DNA from: a virus
Lineage: Duplodnaviria; Caudoviricetes
Virus record (IMG/VR): IMGVR_UViG_3300042453_003401
Span: 1 to 52,621 of that record
Direction: 5' to 3' (one strand)
Length of the DNA: 52,621 bases
Shown in pieces: positions 46,472 to 52,621 of the stretch. Numbering within the stretch: the stretch's first letter is position 1; the number at the start of each line of letters is the position of its first letter. Both the position numbers and the translations under genes were made by a program. The notes beneath the pieces were generated by a model. The model saw only the letters and a program-made list of their open reading frames with translations, made no database searches and had not been told where the DNA came from.

Positions 46472-46948
46472 TTGATGAATTTTTCGTTTGATTCTGTGGG
46501 CAACTTCCTTCGTAAAGCAAAGGAAGCAAAAGCCAGCAAGCGAGCAGCAATTGACGAAGGGCTTTTTCCATTGCTCACCGACCCTTCCACCTTCGCCATT
46601 GCTCCTGACGCTGCTGACCTGCTCGAGAAAAGCCTAGAACGCTATGGGGACGAAGCTCTCAAGGCAATGGCCATTGTGGCCCTTGGCAAGTGGGTGGAGC
46701 TGCATGGCACTTGGCTCGAGCAGCACATGCTCAACGGCGCCATCCAAGAAGCCGTATTGACTGCCTGCGACATGAACAAACTCACGCAAGCCGTCAGGCT
46801 CATGGAGGACGTGGGAAGCTTTGGAGGGGACGACGACTACAGGGCAGCCATGCGTCAGCAAATCAATCAGGCCGTGCTGGAAGGGCTTGAGGAAGCTGGT
46901 AAAGAGCCTTCTGACATCTTCGACCCTTACACCGACCCGTTGCTTTGA
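46472..46948 (+). CDS. Hypothetical protein
   Basis: 158-aa ORF preceded by TTGACA (46424) and a TACGCT -10-like box. Confidence 0.6.
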   Translation: MMNFSFDSVGNFLRKAKEAKASKRAAIDEGLFPLLTDPSTFAIAPDAADLLEKSLERYGDEALKAMAIVALGKWVELHGTWLEQHMLNGAIQEAVLTACDMNKLTQAVRLMEDVGSFGGDDDYRAAMRQQINQAVLEGLEEAGKEPSDIFDPYTDPLL

Positions 46949-47313
46949 TCATGGACTCCCTCCCGCCCATGGTCACCATTTGCATTCCGCCAGTGCTGCG
47001 GAAGGAAGCAGAAGATTTAGTGGCCGAAAACCCTCCCGTGCATCCTGCTTGGCAGAAAGTGGCACAGCGTGGCCGTCATTATTCTCTTCGCACCTCCTCC
47101 ATTGAAGACCTTGAAGAACTAGCCGACTGGGCCTATAGCTGGTTGATGGAGCCTGGTATGCCCTTGGACAAGACCAAGCGACAAGCTTTTCAAAGCATCA
47201 TCGCCAGAGCAGGCCGTCACGTTTTTCTGAAGCCCATTGGCAAGGGGCATTTCCTTGCAACTGGCTGGAAGCCGCCAAAGACTATAAGCAAGACTAATAA
47301 CTCTGCCCCTTGA
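46945..47313 (+). CDS. Hypothetical protein
   Basis: Coupled ORF. Confidence 0.55.
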   Translation: MIMDSLPPMVTICIPPVLRKEAEDLVAENPPVHPAWQKVAQRGRHYSLRTSSIEDLEELADWAYSWLMEPGMPLDKTKRQAFQSIIARAGRHVFLKPIGKGHFLATGWKPPKTISKTNNSAP

Positions 47314-47331
47314 CTCTGCCCCACTCTGCCC

Positions 47332-47706
47332 TTGATGATGGGCAAGTTCCTTCTCATTCCCTCCATGTCTTCCCGCATTAAAACCGAATCGTCTGGCGAA
47401 ACCACTGCCTTCACTACTGACGGCAAGCTCGTCATGAACTTTGGCAACCCTCACGTTGCATGGGGATTCTCCGTGAAAAGCCTTGAAGAATGGCTCATCA
47501 CGCTTGAAGAGGCCATGTCAGTGATGCCTGCTTGCCATAGTCGCTCCATTGAAACGCTCTATTTTTCCCTCAAGGCAGCACACAAACGCCACCTGCAGGA
47601 GCATGAAGCAGTGATCAGCGAAGCCCCTACTAACGACGACCTCATGGCCTATCTCACTTCTTATGCTGCCGCAATGACTTGCGAAGCAATGGAAGGGAGG
47701 AAATGA
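47332..47706 (+). CDS. Hypothetical protein
   Basis: ORF with uncertain start. Confidence 0.55.
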   Translation: MMMGKFLLIPSMSSRIKTESSGETTAFTTDGKLVMNFGNPHVAWGFSVKSLEEWLITLEEAMSVMPACHSRSIETLYFSLKAAHKRHLQEHEAVISEAPTNDDLMAYLTSYAAAMTCEAMEGRK

Positions 47707-47879
47707 TTTCCCTGCCTGTTTGCATGCCCTGGGAAGTGACGATCAAAAACGATGGCAATGTGAATATATTGTCCATCCTCGCTCCCACTAGGGAAAAAGC
47801 TCGCATCATTGCAGAAGAGCTTTACCCTCATAGTCACTACGACATCCAGCTTCAGCCCGACTGGGACGACGCATCGTGA
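47703..47879 (+). CDS. Hypothetical protein
   Basis: ATGA-coupled, with a GGAGG upstream and a terminator downstream. Confidence 0.55.
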   Translation: MISLPVCMPWEVTIKNDGNVNILSILAPTREKARIIAEELYPHSHYDIQLQPDWDDAS

Positions 47880-47884
47880 TCACT

Positions 47885-47905
47885 GGCTCCTTCGGGAGCC
47901 TTTTT
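47885..47905 (+). terminator. Intrinsic terminator
   Basis: GGCTCC-TTCG-GGAGCC-TTTTT. Confidence 0.8.
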
Positions 47906-48071
47906 CTTTGCCCATGAATGATCACCAGGGATGGGCTCTGTGGCATAGGTCCAGTCGTCATATTCTGGATCATTCCTCAGCCATCGTGCCAAACGCTCAC
48001 GCTCGCGTTCTTGTTCAGTCATTGGAAACTGGACAGCTTTCTATTGCGAGTCTAGCTGGCTTCCTATAGGC

Positions 48072-48265
48072 AAAAAAAGAAGGGCCTTGCGGCCCTTCTT
48101 CCTTTGCTTGAGCTTCCGATGCCACAGCCTCCCTCCCAAAGGGGAGCACTCCTCTCACTAGCCCATGCAATGCTAGGGACAGTCCTCGCGGAAAGTCCAG
48201 AGTGCTCAGCAGCGTCCACCCTTGCGGCGTCAGCGACGGGCCTTTCGGCCAGGACCAACTCAAGC
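48072..48265 (-). ncRNA. Putative structured non-coding RNA of unknown family, with its own promoter and terminator
   Basis: Extended -10 TG-C-TATGAT just upstream. Closing helix GCUUGAG/CUCAAGC, internal helix GAGCACUC/GAGUGCUC, GAAA and GCAA loops, and a terminal GCAA-loop terminator with U7. Confidence 0.65.
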
Positions 48266-48377
48266 TTGCAAATCATAGCACCACTACCAGCCACGGCAGC
48301 AAGCCTCACAATTGTGATACGGTAAACCTTGGCAGGGGCGACCCTCCGTAGTCTCACTTCTTCTTTTTCCTTTTCTG

Positions 48378-48734
48378 ATGCTTTTTCGTTTTCTTCTTTC
48401 AGCTTCCGTTGTTTTGGGCGCTCTGGTGCCTGTTGCAGCGGAGGCAAAATCGTCGTGCGGCTTGGCCAGTTGGTACGGCCCGGGCTTTCACGGCAATCTC
48501 ACTGCCAGTGGCGAACGCTTTAACTCTCGTGCCCTTACTGCCGCCCACAAGAGCTTGCCATTCGGAAGCCGCGTGCGAGTGGTCAATCAAGCCACGGGTC
48601 GCTCTGTGACGATCAAAATTAACGATGACGGGCCTCACGTTCCCGGTCGGATCATCGACCTTTCAGAAAGCGCATTCCGGCAAATTGCCAGCTTGGGGCA
48701 GGGTGTTGCCAAGGTTTGCATCAGTCGCGTATGA
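48378..48734 (+). CDS. rlpA: RlpA-like (DPBB) lytic transglycosylase with signal peptide
   Basis: GLASWYGPGFHGNLTASGERF, LTAAHKSLPFGSRVRV, INDDGP and RIIDLS motifs. Confidence 0.9.
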   Translation: MLFRFLLSASVVLGALVPVAAEAKSSCGLASWYGPGFHGNLTASGERFNSRALTAAHKSLPFGSRVRVVNQATGRSVTIKINDDGPHVPGRIIDLSESAFRQIASLGQGVAKVCISRV

Positions 48735-48759
48735 TCGTTGACGTGGAAGTTGGATCTCG

Positions 48760-48781
48760 GGGCACTTCGGTGCCCTTTTTT
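48760..48781 (+). terminator. Intrinsic terminator
   Basis: GGGCAC-TTCG-GTGCCC-TTTTTT. Confidence 0.8.
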
Positions 48782-48836
48782 GTTGTTAGTATTTACAAGT
48801 CGCCTTCAATGGTGCGCCCTATCAAGGGAAGAGTTG

Positions 48837-49049
48837 ATGTTCAATCCGAAAGCTCGTTTAGCCAGTCAATGGCAATGCAGCGTTTTAATGCTGCAGCAGC
48901 GTGGTCTATGTGCTTCTTGTACACAGCCATTGCAAGACAAGTTTGAGGCTCATCATCAGCGGCACTATTCAGAAGGCGGCGCTACATCCCTTCGGAATTT
49001 GGAGCTACTATGCCCAGCCTGCCATCGAGCAAAGCACAGCAAACACTGA
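48837..49049 (+). CDS. Minimal HNH nuclease domain protein
   Basis: LCASC...FEAHH...SEGGATSLRNLELLCPACHRAKH. Confidence 0.75.
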   Translation: MFNPKARLASQWQCSVLMLQQRGLCASCTQPLQDKFEAHHQRHYSEGGATSLRNLELLCPACHRAKHSKH

Positions 49050-50917
49050 TTGCTAAAGTGCTGCCCCAGCATCAACCCTACAGCCCTCGCGAGGGCCAGC
49101 TTGCGCTTGTCAAAAAACTTGCCGCTGATCCCACCATTCAAACTATCAAGGCCGTTTTCCCCACGGGATACGGCAAGACTGATGCCATTGAGCTTTCTTA
49201 TAAGCTTGCAAAGCTTCAAGGGCGCGTTGACGCGCTCATGATCATCGTTCCTTCAAAGGAGCAGCTTTCAAGCTACTTGAACGGTATTGAAGGTGATTTC
49301 CGCCGCAAATGGGGAGATGAAATTGTTGCCTATCGTATCAGCTCCAATCTGTTGAAGATCGTTGCTCGTGACGTGGTGCAGAATAAGTGCGAAGTGATTG
49401 TCGTCACTTGCCAAGCACTGATGTCGCCCAACAATCTTGACTTGGCTAAACGACTGCTTAAAGAATCTGGTCGCCGCTGGATGGTGGCACTTGACGAGTT
49501 GCATCGCTATGGAGAGGAGACGACTTGGGGTACCGTGGTAGGTAGCCTGCTTGAGGCTGGTCCCGAGTTGGTTCTTGGCCTTACCGCAGCAGAGCAGCGC
49601 ACTGATGGAATGCCAGTAGCGATGGCAAATCCTGACGAAACCATCGTAGTCTCTAGCACACAAGCCATCAAAGAAAAAGCAATCAGGCCATTTCGCGCCC
49701 ATGTACATGATTATTCTGTCACCGTTGAGCTTGAAGGAGAGTTTTATGATGTAACGACCAAAGAGCTGAGCGAACTCCAAGGTGAATACATTGAAAAGCG
49801 CAAGGCAGCGGGAGTGCCTGCCCATAAAGCGAAAGCAGAAGCTCGTGATTTTCTTGCTTACAAAGATAAATACATCAGTCCACTGGTGCAAAATGCTGTT
49901 GATTGCTTGAGAGATAAAAGGCAAAAGCTAGATCGCAATCACTTGCTGTCAACGAAGCATCACCGTTTGTTGGTTTTTGCTCGCGACCAGAAACATGCCG
50001 AACATTTGCAAAATTACTTTATTAAATACAACGATCTTGCTGCAGATTGGATTGGAGAAAAGCGTCCAGATGAGCTTAACGAGCGAGTGCTCAAAGATTT
50101 CATTGATGGTGAGTTGGATGTAATGATTAACGTCAATAAAGCATCAGAAGGTTTTAATTGCGTACAATGCAGCGTCATGTTATTTCTTAATGACGTAAAA
50201 CCAAGCGTGATGATTCTTCAGCAACTTGGGCGGGGCCTGCGTCGCAATTATGACATGGAATGGGAAACAGATATTTGCAATGTTTTCCTTAGTGAAGATC
50301 ATCCAGCCAAAGCTTATTTTCTTGATCAAGAAGCGCTACAGCCGCGTCAATTTATCAAAGATGGGCCGACTGATGGTCCAAGCACTTCTCCTATCTACGA
50401 CATTCCTCCTGTAATGTTTGGCGATGTAAGGCTCCAGGCCGTAAGGATTGTCGATGGAATGATGCAGAAACAAGACGCCGAGCCTATGCTTGTCGCCGTT
50501 AAGTCTCTTGTCGCCAGCCAAGGCAACCAGGAGCAGGCTGATTTAATGACACTGGAGCTAATGAAAGAGGCGCTGGTGCAGCTTAATTGGAATCAAGCAG
50601 AGCAAATTGTCCAAAGCACATCTGGTAGCACTGATCGACTGGAACAGGCTCGGCGTGCAAATGCTGAAGCAGTTAAAACGTTAGCCGGCAACATTGTTCG
50701 CGCATTGTCACTGGGCAACTTTAATAAATCAAGACTGCCTGATACCAACAAAGCAATCAATGTATTGCTTAAAAAGAAGTTTGGTTCTGGCACGGATTCA
50801 ATGGGGGAAAGCGAATTGATTGAGCGGCAAAATTACATCCGCGAAATCAATACAAAGCTTAAGGAGTCTCCCCATGAAGACTTTGCCAAATCATTCCCAA
50901 CCCTGTGCATTGCCTGA
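49010..50917 (+). CDS. Superfamily 2 helicase/ATPase (DExH, ResIII-like)
   Basis: Q-motif PREGQ, PTGYGKT, LDELH, GLTA, SEGFN and QQLGRGLR. Confidence 0.88.
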   Translation: MPSLPSSKAQQTLIAKVLPQHQPYSPREGQLALVKKLAADPTIQTIKAVFPTGYGKTDAIELSYKLAKLQGRVDALMIIVPSKEQLSSYLNGIEGDFRRKWGDEIVAYRISSNLLKIVARDVVQNKCEVIVVTCQALMSPNNLDLAKRLLKESGRRWMVALDELHRYGEETTWGTVVGSLLEAGPELVLGLTAAEQRTDGMPVAMANPDETIVVSSTQAIKEKAIRPFRAHVHDYSVTVELEGEFYDVTTKELSELQGEYIEKRKAAGVPAHKAKAEARDFLAYKDKYISPLVQNAVDCLRDKRQKLDRNHLLSTKHHRLLVFARDQKHAEHLQNYFIKYNDLAADWIGEKRPDELNERVLKDFIDGELDVMINVNKASEGFNCVQCSVMLFLNDVKPSVMILQQLGRGLRRNYDMEWETDICNVFLSEDHPAKAYFLDQEALQPRQFIKDGPTDGPSTSPIYDIPPVMFGDVRLQAVRIVDGMMQKQDAEPMLVAVKSLVASQGNQEQADLMTLELMKEALVQLNWNQAEQIVQSTSGSTDRLEQARRANAEAVKTLAGNIVRALSLGNFNKSRLPDTNKAINVLLKKKFGSGTDSMGESELIERQNYIREINTKLKESPHEDFAKSFPTLCIA

Positions 50918-51555
50918 TGAAACGCCCTGATCTCCCCGCTGATCATTGCGCAAATCAGCCGCCAGAAATGGCACGGAAAATGTTCGTGCAAAGCATTGCT
51001 CCACGCTTAAAGGGTGGCAGCATGGATGCCAGAAGCGCTATCTCGGAACTAGAAGGGTGGCGCGAATACCATCCCGAAGTGTTTGCCGACTGGGAAGGTC
51101 TTTGCTGGAAATACCTCCAGCAGCCTCCTGAGTGGGTAAACTGGCTGATCCAAGGCGTCAGGGTCACTTCCGGTAAAGTGACCAAGGCCGATGATTTAGT
51201 GGCGGCGGCGCAAGCTGCTGCCGATAAACCCCTAGCCAAGAACGGGGGTGATCGAATCTCCAAGATCGGCCTACGGGACCAGGGTAATAATGTAACCCTG
51301 GTCAGGGGGGATAGTGCCGACTATCTCCTTCGTCGTATCGCCAGGGACAGACCCGACTTAATGCCAGACATTGGCAAAAACAAGCGCTTTAAAAGCGCTC
51401 GTGCAGCAGCAATAGAAGCAGGCATCATCACCCCCTTCCCATCGCTCCAGCTCAAAGAGCCGCTGCCAACGGCTCAGAAGCTGCTGGCCAAGAAAGGCAA
51501 GGAATGGTGCCTGCAGCTCCTCGACGAGCTGTCGGCACTGGTCTTTGAGGACTAG
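50917..51555 (+). CDS. Putative DNA-binding protein (GGDRxS ... SARAAAIEAG family)
   Basis: TGATG-coupled to the helicase; KNGGDRISK, YLLRRIARDRPD and FKSARAAAIEAGII. Confidence 0.6.
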   Translation: MKRPDLPADHCANQPPEMARKMFVQSIAPRLKGGSMDARSAISELEGWREYHPEVFADWEGLCWKYLQQPPEWVNWLIQGVRVTSGKVTKADDLVAAAQAAADKPLAKNGGDRISKIGLRDQGNNVTLVRGDSADYLLRRIARDRPDLMPDIGKNKRFKSARAAAIEAGIITPFPSLQLKEPLPTAQKLLAKKGKEWCLQLLDELSALVFED

Positions 51556-51636
51556 CCAGTCTTGGAAAGAAAGGCAACGAGCCGGGCTCAGGGTCCGGCT
51601 CTTCCATTATTATTCCTTTTCCATCGTCCTTCCACC

Positions 51637-51807
51637 ATGCAGAACTTTCTAGCCCTTGCAGCGCTCTCGAGCATGCTCACGACACTGGCCTGGTCCTATG
51701 TGACGCAGCCGCTGCCGCCCGACAATCCGCGAGCCTATCACGAATGCAAGCAGCTCCACCCACAAAAATTCTGCGCTAGTAACTACATGCCCAACGCACA
51801 ACCATAA
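51637..51807 (+). CDS. Small secreted/membrane protein
   Basis: Hydrophobic N-terminus and a Cys pair. Confidence 0.5.
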   Translation: MQNFLALAALSSMLTTLAWSYVTQPLPPDNPRAYHECKQLHPQKFCASNYMPNAQP

Positions 51808-51900
51808 GCAACGCTAATAGGCAAAGGGCTTCCCAAAAGGCTCTCGATGGGCAATCATGGTTTCAACGGGGCGCGAGCCTCACCATTCATCTTCCCTCCC

Positions 51901-52179
51901 ATGGACAAAACCGCTTCCGTTAAAGCTTTTATCCGCGATGCAGGCGCAGCAATCGTCTCCGTGCAGTTCGTTAAGGCTGATGGCACCCTGCGCAAACTGC
52001 AGTTCAATCCTCTCGACTCCTGCGAAATCAAGGGTACTGGCCATGCCCTCAAGAAGCCCGGCATCGTTCGCTGCCGCGACTTCACCATTGCCCGCAACAA
52101 AGGCCAAGGCGCTTGGCGCTCGTTTGATTGCGAGCGTGTGGTGAGCATCAAAAGCAATGGCAAAGAGCTGGTGTTCTGA
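51901..52179 (+). CDS. WYL_2/SH3-like beta-barrel protein
   Basis: VSVQFVKADGTLR...AWRSFDCERV pattern. Confidence 0.6.
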   Translation: MDKTASVKAFIRDAGAAIVSVQFVKADGTLRKLQFNPLDSCEIKGTGHALKKPGIVRCRDFTIARNKGQGAWRSFDCERVVSIKSNGKELVF

Positions 52180-52181
52180 CC

Positions 52182-52364
52182 ATGGCAGTTCTTGAGCGCG
52201 ACAACTGCTGGAGCCTGTGGGCCTTGACTGACGGCCGTTGGAACATTCTTGATTCCGGCGCCGATCGTAATGCCCTCGAGCGCCAAGCCCGAAGTCTGCA
52301 GGCCGTGTTTGCCACCAAGACCTTCATGGTGGTGCAGGGCACACAGAGCCCAGGGCGTTTGTAA
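52182..52364 (+). CDS. Hypothetical protein
   Basis: ATG two nt after the upstream stop. Confidence 0.45.
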   Translation: MAVLERDNCWSLWALTDGRWNILDSGADRNALERQARSLQAVFATKTFMVVQGTQSPGRL

Positions 52365-52449
52365 ACAATTGTTGCGGAGGGGCTGACCAGGCCCCTCCTG
52401 CCTGTACATTACTTGCAACGGGCCGCGAGGTCCACCATTCCTCAGGATC

Positions 52450-52621
52450 ATGAAGCATTATCCCTCTTACGAAGCTCGCCTGGAAGCCGACCGGCAAGCC
52501 CAGCACTCTGGCTATGGCATCAGGAAGTTTCATTGCGCTGATGGCACTGTCAAATGGGAAGCCTATGGCTGGGAGCGCCTGACTGAGCTGACTACGCACA
52601 CCACTTCCTACGGTCTGTTCG
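52450..52621 (+). CDS. Hypothetical protein (3'-truncated by the window)
   Basis: MKHYPSYEARLEADRQ... is open to the window end and preceded by the repeated leader hairpin. Confidence 0.55.
   Translation, partial: MKHYPSYEARLEADRQAQHSGYGIRKFHCADGTVKWEAYGWERLTELTTHTTSYGLF

Noticed and set aside
48185-48200. GCGGAAAGTCC resembles the RNase P GAGGAAAGUCC motif
   Set aside because: No matching 3' P4 strand was seen, the region is too short, and the promoter, GNRA loops and terminator all favour the opposite strand.

Overview
The whole window is part of a tailed dsDNA phage genome with siphovirus-type tail genes. The host is most likely a picocyanobacterium (Synechococcus/Cyanobium-like). That host call is an inference from the gene families, the pyrimidine-rich leaders that mostly lack Shine-Dalgarno sites, and a possible NblA-like gene. 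Layout: two glycosyltransferases, an HNH nuclease and small head-region genes (1-3.2 kb); head genes (DUF2213 protease/scaffold, decoration protein, DUF2184-type capsid); neck and tail genes with a -1 frameshifted tail chaperone, tape measure protein and lambda M/L/K/J-like tip (to 18.5 kb); extra tube-like proteins and several fibres (18.5-30.2 kb); a lysis cassette; nucleotide metabolism and recombination genes (thyX, dcd, exonuclease, Sak3-type annealing protein); a primase-helicase; an array of small paralogous ORFs; and a probable early region with a structured ncRNA, rlpA and an HNH / SF2 helicase / DNA-binding protein trio. I recognised no portal, large terminase, DNA polymerase, integrase or tRNA in the window. 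The most striking signal is a 15-bp inverted motif, TAG-N9-CTA. It recurs at module junctions inside the long tail-fibre gene and at the stop/start junctions of small paralogous cassette genes in two distant loci, which suggests a DNA-level shuffling system. All family assignments come from recognising motifs by eye, not from database searches.
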